A stretch of DNA of 64,000 nucleotides from an uncultured Verrucomicrobiae bacterium. GTDB taxonomy: Bacteria > Verrucomicrobiota > Verrucomicrobiia > Chthoniobacterales > JAFAMB01. The DNA is taken from positions 928,001 to 992,000 of the forward strand of contig CAWEXO010000011.1 of the NCBI GenBank assembly GCA_963813025.1, written 5' to 3'. The translations under genes were made by a program, and so were the position numbers. The notes below the pieces were generated by a model. It searched no databases and was not told the DNA's origin. It saw only the letters and a list, made by a program, of their open reading frames with translations. Of the stretch, positions 1 to 9,922 are shown piece by piece (the first letter of the stretch is position 1; each line of letters begins with the position of its first letter).

Positions 1-903
1 TTCGCGGCGCAAATTGAATTCTTCACGCATATCGGCGAGCGGTTGCTGATCTCCCTTCAACGCAGCCAAAGCGCCCTTTTGCGCGAAAGAACACGGATTG
101 GAGGTGACATGGCTCTGAATGGAGTCGATCGCCTTTGCGACAAGATCCGGCGCTCCCAAGTATCCCAAGCGCCATCCGGTCATCGCGTACGATTTGCTAA
201 ATCCGTTTACCGTCATCGTGAGCTGGTAGAAATCCGGGTTGAGCGACGCGATGCTGACATGCTCCACCCCTTCATAGACCAGCTTTTCGTAGATCTCGTC
301 CGACAGGATAAGGATTTCCTCTTCGGCGGCGACCGCGCCAATGCCTTCCAGCTCTTCCCGGGTGTAAACCGCTCCGGTTGGGTTGTTCGGCGAGTTTAGA
401 ATGATCATTTTTGTCCGAGGCGTCATCGCGTTCTCAAACTCGTCCGGAGTAATTTTCCAGCCGTTCTCCTCTTTGGTTTGCACGAAGATCGGCTCTGCGC
501 CGGCCAAACGCACCATCTCGGGATAACTGAGCCAGTACGGTGCGGGAATGATGATTTCGTCCCCCGGCTGACAGGTCGCGAGGATCGCATTGTAGCAGGA
601 GTGCTTCGCGCCGCAGCTTACGATGATCTGCGAGGGCTTATACTCTAACCCATTGTCCTGAAGGAATTTATCAGCAATCGCCTGGCGTAGCTCGGGTATG
701 CCGGAACTCGGTGTGTACTTGGTAAAGCCTGCTTCCAGGGACGCCATTGCCGCAGCTTTAATATGATCGGGTGTGTCAAAATCAGGTTCACCTGCGCCGA
801 AGCTGCAAACATCAATCCCTTCCGATTTCATCGCCTTGGCCTTGCTGTCGACCGAGAGGGAAAGGGAGGGAGTTAGGCTATTGGCTCGTGAGGAAAGTTG
901 CAT
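1..903 (-). CDS. aspC: PLP-dependent aminotransferase class I/II (aspartate aminotransferase), 3' end runs off the window
   Basis: Manual translation from ATG at 903: MQLSSRANSLTPSLSLSVDSKAKAMKSEGIDVCSFGAGEPDFDTP...YWLSYPEM...NSPNNPTGA...DEIYE. Not in the ORF track because it is open-ended. Confidence 0.9.
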   Translation of the reverse strand, partial: MQLSSRANSLTPSLSLSVDSKAKAMKSEGIDVCSFGAGEPDFDTPDHIKAAAMASLEAGFTKYTPSSGIPELRQAIADKFLQDNGLEYKPSQIIVSCGAKHSCYNAILATCQPGDEIIIPAPYWLSYPEMVRLAGAEPIFVQTKEENGWKITPDEFENAMTPRTKMIILNSPNNPTGAVYTREELEGIGAVAAEEEILILSDEIYEKLVYEGVEHVSIASLNPDFYQLTMTVNGFSKSYAMTGWRLGYLGAPDLVAKAIDSIQSHVTSNPCSFAQKGALAALKGDQQPLADMREEFNLRRE

Positions 904-987
904 AAAAACCTCTCACTATATGTGAGCAAACCTGTTTTCAACCAAGGAATGTGAAGCGACTAGAATGCCAATCTGTTCAGAGTTCTT

Positions 988-1073
988 CAGCTGCCCACTT
1001 ACATTCCGCCGCTGAAGCCGCTCCCGCCGCTTCCTCCGCTCGATTGACTCGTACCTGATCAGCCGCTGAGCTG
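988..1073 (-). repeat. Intergenic repeat family A, copy 1 (core GAGCGGAGGAAGCGGCGGGAGCGGSTTCAGCGG)
   Basis: Reverse complement matches the + strand copies at 1995, 7888 and 17207; same orientation as the copy at 2134. Confidence 0.85.
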
Positions 1074-1121
1074 TGACGATCGATGAACCGATGAGCCGGC
1101 GAGTCGGTCTAACGCAAAACT

Positions 1122-1156
1122 GTGAAACGCGAAACGCGAAACGTGAAACGCGAAAC
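1122..1156 (+). repeat. Heptamer tandem repeat (GAAACGC/GAAACGT)n
   Basis: gtgaaacgcgaaacgcgaaacgtgaaacgcgaaac directly upstream of the prmA ATG; same unit near 41060 and 41700. Confidence 0.85.
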
Positions 1157-1159
1157 CCT

Positions 1160-2005
1160 ATGCTGGTCTGGCGAAAAATAACGACCACGAAATGGGTTGA
1201 CGCCTGGGAAGAGCGGCTTTCGTTTCTTGGGCCGGAGAGACTTGTGATAACGCGTTTTTCCGGGTCGAAGCGCGCTCGCCTCGAAATGTTTGATCTCACC
1301 CCGAAGGAAAGCGAGATCCTGCTTCACTGTTTCGCTGGGCAGACCAGGAATCTGTCCAGGTCCAGCGCCGATTGGGTGAAAAGCGTGATCCGCAAAGTGC
1401 CGATCTCGATCAGAGGCCGGCTCCAGATTATCACCGACGGCAGTAAGTCCGACCGCCAAACGGGCTTGGCGGAAATTCACATTCCCGCCGGTTTGGCCTT
1501 CGGTACCGGGGAACATGCGACGACGGCTACTTGTCTGCGGATGCTTTGCGACCTGGCGCCATCTGGTGGTTCGTGGGATTTTCTGGACGTCGGCACTGGC
1601 ACGGGAATTCTGGCAATCGCCGCCGCCAAGCTCGGTGCCCGGCGGGTTATCGGGATCGATCTTGACTCGACCGCTGTGTCCGTCGCGAAACAGAACGCCA
1701 AAGCAAACGCGGTCGATCAAATACGTTTCCGCCGGATCGCCATCCAGAGCTGGTCCGAGCCGCAACGCTTCGAAATAGTGTGTGCAAACTTATATGGCGA
1801 CACCCTGGTTAGCGCGATGTCTCCGATCTGGAGCACGGTTGCCGAAGGCGGAAATCTCATCGCATCCGGGATTCTTCGTGATCAGACAGAGGCGGTCAGG
1901 CAAAGCATCGGACGCCAGCAGGGGGAGATCAGGCGAGAGGTGGTCCGGGGTAAATGGGTCACCATGCTGGTCAGAAAACCAGTAGGGGAAGTAGCAGTCA
2001 ATTGA
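1160..2005 (+). CDS. prmA: 50S ribosomal protein L11 methyltransferase
   Basis: GLAFGTGEHATT, LDVGTGTGILAI, ANL and ASGIL motifs; start moved to ATG 1160 because the upstream extension is translated repeat DNA. Confidence 0.92.
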   Translation: MLVWRKITTTKWVDAWEERLSFLGPERLVITRFSGSKRARLEMFDLTPKESEILLHCFAGQTRNLSRSSADWVKSVIRKVPISIRGRLQIITDGSKSDRQTGLAEIHIPAGLAFGTGEHATTATCLRMLCDLAPSGGSWDFLDVGTGTGILAIAAAKLGARRVIGIDLDSTAVSVAKQNAKANAVDQIRFRRIAIQSWSEPQRFEIVCANLYGDTLVSAMSPIWSTVAEGGNLIASGILRDQTEAVRQSIGRQQGEIRREVVRGKWVTMLVRKPVGEVAVN

Positions 2006-2211
2006 GCGGGGGGAGCGGCGGGAGCGGGTTCAGCGGGAGGAGGTAGTGCCAGAGGTGGAGAGTTGAGCAGTGACATCCGCCCGCCACACGCAAACCGTTT
2101 TTGTCGATGTAACCATCGAACTTGAGCACTAAGCAGCTAGCTTCCTCCGCTGAACCCGCTCCCGCCGCTCCCTCGGCTCGGTTGACTGATACCTGGCCAG
2201 TTGGTCAGCTG
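1995..2211. repeat. Inverted pair of repeat family A (copies 2 and 3), REPIN/MITE-like doublet
   Basis: 1995-2046 (+) cagtcaattgagcgg...gagcgggttcagcgggaggaggtag and 2134-2211 (-) reverse-complement copy, about 90 bp apart. Confidence 0.85.
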
Positions 2212-2272
2212 TATTAGCTTGCGTCGATGACGCGGACTTATCTAGAAGAGGACGCTCCATCGTTCCGCGTGT

Positions 2273-2593
2273 ATGATTCATCGTATTGTTCTCTATAAAC
2301 TCAGACCAGCAGTCACCCCGGAAGGCCTGGAGGAGATTATGATGCAAACGCGCATGCAGCTCCTGAAAATTGGAGTCGCGATGAACGTGCGCTGCGGACG
2401 GCGAATCGACGAAAATAATGTCTGGCCCTTTTTCCTGGCAGTCGAGTTCGACTCCAAAGAGCGTCTGGCGATCTTCCAGGACGATCCGATCTATATCAAG
2501 TTTCTCGAAGAGACAATCAAGCCGAATACCTCCGAGTCGCTCGTGCTCGATTACGAAACGGATCCCAAACGCAAGCACCCTTCGAACCACTGA
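2273..2593 (+). CDS. Dabb family (stress-responsive A/B barrel) protein
   Basis: MIHRIVLYKL...VEFDSKERLAIFQDDPIY...LVLDY pattern, 106 aa. Confidence 0.8.
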   Translation: MIHRIVLYKLRPAVTPEGLEEIMMQTRMQLLKIGVAMNVRCGRRIDENNVWPFFLAVEFDSKERLAIFQDDPIYIKFLEETIKPNTSESLVLDYETDPKRKHPSNH

Positions 2594-3930
2594 CAGACAA
2601 AGTCGATTTCGGCGGGTTCGATGCAGAACGGCGGGGTGAAGGAGAGCACATTTCCTCCAGGACCGCTCCTCAACAAGAGCAGCCCGTCCGATAGCCCCTG
2701 GTCCACGACAGCAGAGGCCAGAGCAGAAGCAGGGCCGCCGTTTTCGTCCACTAATTCGACCCCAACGAACAGTCCAAGCCCGCGCACATCGCCGATGGCG
2801 GAAGAGCGGATACCGCGCAGCCCATTTACGAAGCGTTTGCCCAGTGATCGAACTCCGGCGGCCAGAGCCGCATCCGAATGAAGCTCAATCGAGGCAAGCG
2901 CCATTGCGCAGCCAATCGGGTTGCCGAGGAAAGTGGATGTATGTAAAGCTTCTCCGGCTGACTCCGGCCACGCGTCCATGATCTCCCCACGCCCAACGCA
3001 AGCGGACAACGGAAAACCGTTAGTGAGACCCTTTCCGAGACAGAGTAAATCCGGATAGGTACCGAACAGATCCGCAGCGAAAAGCGCACCGGTGCGATTG
3101 AAGCCGGTGTAGATTTCGTCGAAAATCAGGACGATTTTATAGATGTCGCTGATCTGCCGGAGCAGTCGCAGAAAATCGAGCGGCGGAACGATTTCTCCAC
3201 CACGGCCGAGGCATGGTTCGACCAGAATGCAGCCGACCGGCCGTTGCCGAATGGTTGCCACGATCTGTTCCTCGATACGCTCGAGGCAAGACGTGGCGCA
3301 ATTTGGGAATCTAGCGCCTTCGAGCCGGTGACCTTCTTTTCGGCCGAAAGGACAACGGTAACAATAGGGAAAAGGAATCCAGGTCGTCAGGTCGCGCAGT
3401 TGTGCGCGGAAGGGGTCTCGAAACCAAGGAATACCGATGACGTTCAGTGCGCCGTATCCCAGGCCGTGATAGCTGCCGGCAAAAGCGACAATGCCGGCTT
3501 TTCCGGTGTGGAGCAGCGATGTCTTGATCGCCACTTCCACCGCTTCGAAACCGGAATTGCCCAAGGTGACTTTGCCTGGCCCAAGCTGCCATCGTTCGAA
3601 GGTGATCTCACTCAGGCGCCGGCACAGCGCACCTTTGTTGGCGGCCGGATGGACGTCGCCGAGAGCATGAAAGAGCTTCCCGGATTGCTCGATCGCGGCG
3701 TCTCGGATAACCGGGTGGGAATGGCCAAGAGAAGCCACCGCAAAACCCGCCGTCAGGTCCAGAAATCGATTTTGATCAACGTCCCAGACGTTTGCTCCGA
3801 CCGCTCTCTCCCAGAACACCGGAAAACCTTTACCGGTATAAGTGACGTTGCGATTCTCGTAGCGACGCAACTCGCTGGCCAGCAGGCTCGAGCGGGGGCC
3901 CGGAAGCGGAGGTCGGACGTCAGGCAACAT
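2551..3930 (-). CDS. Class III PLP aminotransferase (4-aminobutyrate/acetylornithine aminotransferase family)
   Basis: WDVDQNRFLDL, GFEAVEVAIK, FAGSYHG, IFDEIYTGFNRTG, GKGLTNG, HTSTFLGNP, VRGLGL motifs. Confidence 0.9.
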   Translation of the reverse strand: MLPDVRPPLPGPRSSLLASELRRYENRNVTYTGKGFPVFWERAVGANVWDVDQNRFLDLTAGFAVASLGHSHPVIRDAAIEQSGKLFHALGDVHPAANKGALCRRLSEITFERWQLGPGKVTLGNSGFEAVEVAIKTSLLHTGKAGIVAFAGSYHGLGYGALNVIGIPWFRDPFRAQLRDLTTWIPFPYCYRCPFGRKEGHRLEGARFPNCATSCLERIEEQIVATIRQRPVGCILVEPCLGRGGEIVPPLDFLRLLRQISDIYKIVLIFDEIYTGFNRTGALFAADLFGTYPDLLCLGKGLTNGFPLSACVGRGEIMDAWPESAGEALHTSTFLGNPIGCAMALASIELHSDAALAAGVRSLGKRFVNGLRGIRSSAIGDVRGLGLFVGVELVDENGGPASALASAVVDQGLSDGLLLLRSGPGGNVLSFTPPFCIEPAEIDFVCQWFEGCLRLGSVS

Positions 3931-3989
3931 GTTTATTTCCCCAGTTCCGTGCGGTAAGAACGGACGCTCGAAGGATCGACCGGTTCTTT

Positions 3990-5429
3990 TCAGGCGGGCT
4001 GGCGGTGCCGTAGAAGATTGGAATAGAGTCGGACGTACGATTTGGCGGACTCAGTCCAGGAGAAATCAACGGCGCGCGCCCGCTCGATAAGAGCGTTCCA
4101 CTGCTCGCGGCGCCGGTGCGTCTCTTGTGCCCGGCGGACGGCGTCGCGGAGCGCACTGGGCGAGGGACGGTAATAGACGAAGGCAAAGCCTCCGTTCGTC
4201 GACGGGTCAAAGTCTTGTACCAACTGGGACAGACCTCTGCGAAAACTGGTGATCGGGATGGTGCCATAGCGCAGCGCGGTGACCAGATCGAGGTACTCCC
4301 GCTCAGTCAGCTGCGGTACAAGCAGCACGTCGGCACCGGCCAGAACAAGATGGCGCGCTTTGCGATCGTCACCGGCGATACGCGCCAGCCGTCCGGGATA
4401 CTTGCGTTCGGCAACTAACACGTCAGGCAAAAACTCCGCCGGTATGTCCCCAGCGATAAGCAGTCTCTGGTCACTGGAAAGAACGAGATCGAGAAGAGAG
4501 GAAATCTCACCGAGAGCGACCCGTGAATCGCTTCGGGCCGAATAGGCAAGGACCAGACCCTCGGTCGGGCTGAGGCCGAATTGTTTGAGAGCGGCATCTC
4601 GCACCGCCACCTTGCCGGTGTTATTGCCGTTGCGCGGACGCTTGGTTAACAGCTTCTCGGGAGGCAGATTCGTAGCGGTATAGTCGACTCCGGGCAAAAT
4701 GCCGAACGTTCGGGAGACATTCTCCTGCAGAACGAGCTGCAAACCGTAACCGCCTTCCGCGCTTAATGCCGAATCCACGCCTAGCTCGCCCGGGAGCACG
4801 ATCGCGTCGCCGTGGAGAATACCGGCTTTAAGAAAGTTTAAACGACCATAGAATTCCACGCCGCGCGGGCCGAAATAACTGCCGGGCAGGTTCGTTAAGG
4901 CGAAATCGAAGCTCCAGAACGAGCCTTGATATTCCAGGCTATAAATACTAAGCACCGAGAGGAATGGCAGCTGCCGCTCTTTGATAAACACCGGGATCAA
5001 AGCGGTCGGCCACTCGTGGCTATGCAGGATGTCGGGAGTCGGGCTGAGATGTCGGGAGAGCTCAAGCGCCGCTTTTGCGAAAAAGATGAATCGCTCCGCA
5101 TTGTCTTCGTAAGCACGGCCCTCGCTCCCATAAATCCCGCTGCGATCGAAATATTCGTCACGCCGGACAAGAAAAATCTGGATCTCGTCGGGGCCGGCGG
5201 TCTCGAGAATTTCCGCGGTAGCTTTTTTCCCCCCCAGGTTGACCTGGAAATCGATACCGGTCGATCGGATCGTTTGTTTGCTCTCTCGAGCGGCTCGATA
5301 GCAGGGCAAGGCGACGCTGACGTCGTGGCCCAAATTTTTCAACTCCGCTGCCAATGTCTTGACCTGGATCCCCAGTCCGCCGGCATTTGTCAGCGGCGCA
5401 AATTCGCTCGTTGCCATTAAAATCTTCAT
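3990..5429 (-). CDS. glgA: Glycogen synthase-like GT5 protein with degenerate catalytic motifs
   Basis: Full-length GlgA architecture (YEDNAERFIFF, YQG, NFLKAGI, RYGTIP, DFSW..SA..Y..LY), but KTGGL, DW, HN, R/K and EPCGL motifs are altered. Confidence 0.8.
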   Translation of the reverse strand: MKILMATSEFAPLTNAGGLGIQVKTLAAELKNLGHDVSVALPCYRAARESKQTIRSTGIDFQVNLGGKKATAEILETAGPDEIQIFLVRRDEYFDRSGIYGSEGRAYEDNAERFIFFAKAALELSRHLSPTPDILHSHEWPTALIPVFIKERQLPFLSVLSIYSLEYQGSFWSFDFALTNLPGSYFGPRGVEFYGRLNFLKAGILHGDAIVLPGELGVDSALSAEGGYGLQLVLQENVSRTFGILPGVDYTATNLPPEKLLTKRPRNGNNTGKVAVRDAALKQFGLSPTEGLVLAYSARSDSRVALGEISSLLDLVLSSDQRLLIAGDIPAEFLPDVLVAERKYPGRLARIAGDDRKARHLVLAGADVLLVPQLTEREYLDLVTALRYGTIPITSFRRGLSQLVQDFDPSTNGGFAFVYYRPSPSALRDAVRRAQETHRRREQWNALIERARAVDFSWTESAKSYVRLYSNLLRHRQPA

Positions 5430-5611
5430 GCAATAGGTTCCTCGTGATTTCCGTGCTCCATTCAGGTGTTTATAAATATTGCCAGTAATTCAACAACCCC
5501 GGTTTTCAAAACGTATTCCCCCTGGCAGCAGTGCTGATCCAAGCTTTGCGGTGAATGGTCCTTGTCAAAGAGGTGGGTCTTGATAAGGTGCGGAATTTCC
5601 GTTCGTGAGCT

Positions 5612-6088
5612 ATGACTTTGGGCTCTCTGCTATCCGTCAATCAGATCATTCCAGAAATGAAGGCCTCCGAGCGGTGGGCCGCAATTGTCGAATTGATCGA
5701 TTTGCTGGTCGATAAGGGGCGGGTCAAGGTGGCTGACCGTGAATCTATCCTGAGCGCTCTGCGGCAGCGGGAGGAGACGATGAGCACCGGTATTGGCTTT
5801 GGCATTGCGATTCCGCACGCGTCCTCGAGCTGTGTTTCCGAGGTTATTGCCGCCTTTGGCCGGTCGACCACGGGAATAGAGTTCGATTCGCTCGATAATT
5901 CGTTAGTCAAATTCATCGTGCTGTTTGTCGTGCCAAAGGACCAGTTCCAGGTGCATCTACGGACTTTGGCGGCGATCGCAAAGTTCCTGAACGACAAAAA
6001 TGTTCGGGAGCAGCTGGGGAAAGCCGACAATGCCGATGAAATTCTCGCTATCTTCGACAATAAAGCGTCCCGTCCGCAGACGCCTTGA
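5612..6088 (+). CDS. PTS EIIA domain protein (fructose/mannitol/Ntr-type)
   Basis: REETMSTGIGFGIAIPHA phospho-His motif, GIEFDSLD, HLRTLAAIA. Confidence 0.9.
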   Translation: MTLGSLLSVNQIIPEMKASERWAAIVELIDLLVDKGRVKVADRESILSALRQREETMSTGIGFGIAIPHASSSCVSEVIAAFGRSTTGIEFDSLDNSLVKFIVLFVVPKDQFQVHLRTLAAIAKFLNDKNVREQLGKADNADEILAIFDNKASRPQTP

Positions 6089-6186
6089 AAGCTTGCGTCT
6101 TGAAGCCTCGCTCCGCGCGGTCATAAAGCGCTGCAGGAGAGGCGCAACTCCAAGGCGCCCTTCGCTACCGGCGGCCGTTTTCTTAA

Positions 6187-7887
6187 ATGACAACGTTGGC
6201 TCAAAATCTGGAAGCTCGTTTGCGCGCTGCATTGCGCGCGGCTGATCTGCCCGACGAACCGATCGAGGTGGCGCCCACGGCGGACCCTCGGCACGGAGAT
6301 TATCAAACCAATCTCGCGCTGATTTTGGGCAAGTCCCAGCGAACGAATCCGCGAGCGCTGGCCAACCGAATCGTCGAGCACCTCGTGGTAGGCGACCTGG
6401 GTGCTCCCGCGGAAGTCGCTGGTCCCGGTTTCATCAATTTTCGTTTCGGGGCCGAGTTTCTGAACGGGGAACTCGCGAAAATGGCGCGCGACCCGCGTTT
6501 GGGTGCCGCGGAGAGCACCCATCCGAAAACCATCGTCATTGATTTCAGTTCGCCCAACATCGCCAAACCAATGCACGTTGGACATATTCGTTCGACCGTA
6601 CTGGGGGACGCGCTCGCGCGGATCAGCCGATTTTTGGGGCACCGGGTGATCAGCGACAATCACCTCGGCGACTGGGGTACCCAGTTCGGAAAACTGATCT
6701 ATGGATGGCAACACTTTCTTGAGCGGTCGGCGCTGGCTCCCGATCCGATGGCGGAACTTGTCCGCGTGTATCGCGAGGTCGAAGTCCTCTCGAAAAAGGA
6801 TCCGGCAATTCTCGAACTCTGTCGCCAGAACCTGGTCAGACTCCAGCAAGGAGATCCCGAGATGGTCGCTATCTGGCGGGAGTGCGTTGAACATTCAAAA
6901 CGGGAGTTTACCCAAGTCTACCAACGTCTGGACGTCCATTTTGACGAGCAGCTTGGCGAAAGTTTTTATCATTTCTTGCTCCCCGGAATCGTCGACGAGT
7001 TGCTGAAACGCGGATTGGCCGAAGAAAGCCAAGGCGCAGTTGTGTACTGGGATCGCTCACTCTCCGCGGACCCGTTTATAATTCGGAAGTCCGACGGCGG
7101 GTTTGGCTATGCAGCGACCGATTTGGCCACGCTGAAGTACCGGGTGGACCGCTGGCAGCCTGGAAGTATCTGGTATGTCGTGGGCGTTCCGCAACGCCTT
7201 CATTTTCAACTGCTCTTCGGTCTTGCTCGCCAGATCGGTTACACCATCGATCTGGCGCATATTGATTTCGGAAATATCCTCGGTGCCGATCGCAAGTTGA
7301 TGCGGACCCGCTCTGGCGATCCGGTGCCTCTGAAAGATTTGCTGGACGAGGCGATCGATCGGGCGAGGACCTTGGTGCGAGAGAAAAACCCGCAACTCTC
7401 TGCAGAGGAGCGCGAAGCGGTCGCCAAGACGGTAGGAATCGGCGCCCTGAAATACGCCGAATTGTCACAACATCGGATGACAGACTACGTCTTTTCGTGG
7501 GACAAGCTCCTGGCTTTGCAGGGCAACACTGCTCCCTATCTCCAGAATGCGTTTGTCCGCAGCAGATCGATCTTTCGCCGGCTGAGCAAACCATTCGTTT
7601 GGGCGGGCACGATTGCGTTGCGCGAACCAGCGGAACTGGCGTTGGCGAAAAAGCTCCTCATTTTTCCGGAGACGGTTCCGGTGGTTTTGGACGGTTTTAA
7701 GCCGAACGTGCTGGCCAATTATTTATACGAGCTGGCCTCGGAGTACCACGGGTTTTACGAGCGTTGTCCGGTGTTGACGGCCGCCGAGCCGTCGCGTTCC
7801 ACCCGCTTATTGCTCTGCGACATTTTCGCGCGGGTGCTGGAGCTTGGGCTCAGTCTTTTGGGGATCGGGGTACCCGAGAAAATGTAG
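6187..7887 (+). CDS. argS: Arginine--tRNA ligase
   Basis: DFSSPNIAKPMHVGHIRS (HIGH), NHLGDWGTQFG, GNTAPYLQ, C-terminal PEKM. Confidence 0.97.
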   Translation: MTTLAQNLEARLRAALRAADLPDEPIEVAPTADPRHGDYQTNLALILGKSQRTNPRALANRIVEHLVVGDLGAPAEVAGPGFINFRFGAEFLNGELAKMARDPRLGAAESTHPKTIVIDFSSPNIAKPMHVGHIRSTVLGDALARISRFLGHRVISDNHLGDWGTQFGKLIYGWQHFLERSALAPDPMAELVRVYREVEVLSKKDPAILELCRQNLVRLQQGDPEMVAIWRECVEHSKREFTQVYQRLDVHFDEQLGESFYHFLLPGIVDELLKRGLAEESQGAVVYWDRSLSADPFIIRKSDGGFGYAATDLATLKYRVDRWQPGSIWYVVGVPQRLHFQLLFGLARQIGYTIDLAHIDFGNILGADRKLMRTRSGDPVPLKDLLDEAIDRARTLVREKNPQLSAEEREAVAKTVGIGALKYAELSQHRMTDYVFSWDKLLALQGNTAPYLQNAFVRSRSIFRRLSKPFVWAGTIALREPAELALAKKLLIFPETVPVVLDGFKPNVLANYLYELASEYHGFYERCPVLTAAEPSRSTRLLLCDIFARVLELGLSLLGIGVPEKM

Positions 7888-7966
7888 GCAGCTGATCAAC
7901 TGGACAGGTAACAGTCATTTGAGCGGAGGGAGCGGCAGGAGCGGGTTCAGCGGAGGGAGGTAGCTG
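7888..7966 (+). repeat. Intergenic repeat family A, copy 4
   Basis: gcagctgatcaactggacaggtaacagtcatttgagcggagggagcggcaggagcgggttcagcggagggaggtagct. Confidence 0.85.
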
Positions 7967-7983
7967 ACAACTGGAAAGCAACC

Positions 7984-8055
7984 AACTCCTTGAACTCCTT
8001 GAATTCCTTGAACTCCTTGAACTCCTTGAACTCCTTGAACTCCTTGAACTCCTTG
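7984..8055 (+). repeat. 9-bp tandem repeat (AACTCCTTG)x8
   Basis: Eight units, one AATTCCTTG variant, upstream of phoU. Confidence 0.95.
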
Positions 8056-8116
8056 GATGCTTTACCCCTGAACTTCATTGTCAACACCCGGTTCATCATC
8101 TTAATTGCCCCCATCT

Positions 8117-8809
8117 ATGGCGGAACATGGCAAGCATATCTACAGCGGATTTGATGCTGCGCTGAACTCTCTGAAGAACGACGTTCTGATGATGTCCAGT
8201 CTGACCGAGCGACTTCTGGAGAACGCCATTCAAGGAGTGCTGCAGCGGGACAACGGATTGTGCAATCTGGCGATCGCGGATGATCAGGAGGTCGACGTGT
8301 TGGAAAAGCAAGTCGATCAAAACGGTGTCGATCTTCTCTTGCGTTATCAGCCTGTCTCGGTAGATATGCGCGAGGTCATCTCCGCCATGAAGGTAGGTGC
8401 AAACCTCGAGCGGATCGCGGACCAGGGAGTGACCATCGGTCGTCGAGGCAAGAAGCTGAATCAGGAGGCGTTGGTCCCCGAGATTTCGTTAATCGAACCT
8501 CTCTATCGAGAGGCGATCAGCATTTTCCGCGATAGCATGCGGGCTTACACGGACGGCAATCCCGACCTGGCCTTGCAACTAAAGCCGCGCGATCGCCAAC
8601 TTGATCTGTTGAACGCGGATGTCAACGAGACCTTGATTACGCGGATGGCCGCCCAGCCAGACCGAATTAGGACTTTCATGAACCTCATCTTCGTCGCGCG
8701 TTCTCTCGAGCGAATTGGTGATCACGCCACGAATATCGCGGAGGACGCTTTCTGGGTCGAGCAAGCGGAGGATATCCGGCACACCTACGGCGCGAAGCAG
8801 GAAGACTGA
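8117..8809 (+). CDS. phoU: Phosphate signalling complex protein PhoU
   Basis: Two PhoU repeats: LERIADQ and LERIGDHATNIAE; YQPVSVDMR. Confidence 0.93.
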   Translation: MAEHGKHIYSGFDAALNSLKNDVLMMSSLTERLLENAIQGVLQRDNGLCNLAIADDQEVDVLEKQVDQNGVDLLLRYQPVSVDMREVISAMKVGANLERIADQGVTIGRRGKKLNQEALVPEISLIEPLYREAISIFRDSMRAYTDGNPDLALQLKPRDRQLDLLNADVNETLITRMAAQPDRIRTFMNLIFVARSLERIGDHATNIAEDAFWVEQAEDIRHTYGAKQED

Positions 8810-8876
8810 GGAGGTTGCGAGACAATTTCCTCGACAAGCCCGGGAGGTACTTTAGTTGTGACGGAGTCGTATTAAC

Positions 8877-9836
8877 ATGTCCCAGTCAGACTCATTCAAA
8901 AAGACGGCAGTTGTCACCGGTGGCGTAGGGTTCTTGGGCTCTCATCTCTGCGATCGTCTCCTCGCCGAAGGATTCCGGGTGATCGCGATCGACAACTTCA
9001 TTACCGGCTCGCCCGATAATATCAGCCACCTGGCGGCGAACCAGCATTTCCATTTTTTTCGCCAGAACGTCTCGGACTACATATTTATTCCGGGACCGGT
9101 CGATTATGTTTTTCATTTTGCTTCGCCGGCCAGTCCGATTGACTACTTGGAACATCCGATACCGACATTGAAAGTCGGTGCGCTGGGTACCCATAACTCT
9201 CTCGGACTAGCGAAAGACAAAGGAGCGACTTTTTTGTTGGCCTCAACCTCGGAATCGTACGGCGATCCGCTGGTTCATCCCCAAAACGAAGACTACTGGG
9301 GGAACGTGAATCCGATTGGTCCAAGAGGGGTGTACGATGAGGCAAAACGATTTGCCGAAGCGATGACAATGGCCTACCACCGCTATCATCGGATGGACAC
9401 CAAGATCGTCCGGATTTTCAATACTTATGGGCCCCGGATGAGGCTGCGCGATGGCCGGGTCGTCCCCGCTTTTATCAGTCAAGCGCTCAATTGCGAACCA
9501 TTGACCGTTTTTGGGGACGGAAACCAGACCCGCAGCTTTTGTTACGTTTCCGATCTCATCGACGGGATTTTTCGCCTGGCTTTGAGCGATTATCACGGCC
9601 CGGTGAATCTCGGGAATCCGCAGGAAATGACGATCAGGCAATTTGCCGAGCGGATCCGGGAAATTGTGGGCGTTAATGTCGAGATTGTTTACCGGCCGCT
9701 CCCCGAGGACGATCCCAAGGTCCGGCAGCCGGACATCACCCGCGCCCGCCAACTGCTCGGATGGGAACCAAAAGTGAGCTTCGTGGATGGTATCCGGGAG
9801 ACAATCCAGTATTTCAAAGAAAAATTAAAAGCCTAG
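8877..9836 (+). CDS. UDP-glucuronate decarboxylase family SDR
   Basis: [61 protein letters not shown]. Confidence 0.93.
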   Translation: MSQSDSFKKTAVVTGGVGFLGSHLCDRLLAEGFRVIAIDNFITGSPDNISHLAANQHFHFFRQNVSDYIFIPGPVDYVFHFASPASPIDYLEHPIPTLKVGALGTHNSLGLAKDKGATFLLASTSESYGDPLVHPQNEDYWGNVNPIGPRGVYDEAKRFAEAMTMAYHRYHRMDTKIVRIFNTYGPRMRLRDGRVVPAFISQALNCEPLTVFGDGNQTRSFCYVSDLIDGIFRLALSDYHGPVNLGNPQEMTIRQFAERIREIVGVNVEIVYRPLPEDDPKVRQPDITRARQLLGWEPKVSFVDGIRETIQYFKEKLKA

Positions 9837-9922
9837 CGAGAGGCGCGCCTCGGACCAACGAGATTTAGTGGAAAAAGGCGGCGCGGTGATGCTGAAAGTC
9901 ATTTCAGCTTTTTCCAGCTTCC

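Noticed and set aside
1073..1159. N-terminal extension of PrmA (ETRNAKRETRN)
   Set aside because: Translation of the GAAACGC heptamer repeat
2551..2593. Convergent 3' overlaps (Dabb/aminotransferase; ackA/PAP2 at 23577-23616)
   Set aside because: Short tail overlaps are common, with no evidence of function
7984..8055. Tandem array as a CRISPR
   Set aside because: 9-bp units with no spacers; it is a VNTR
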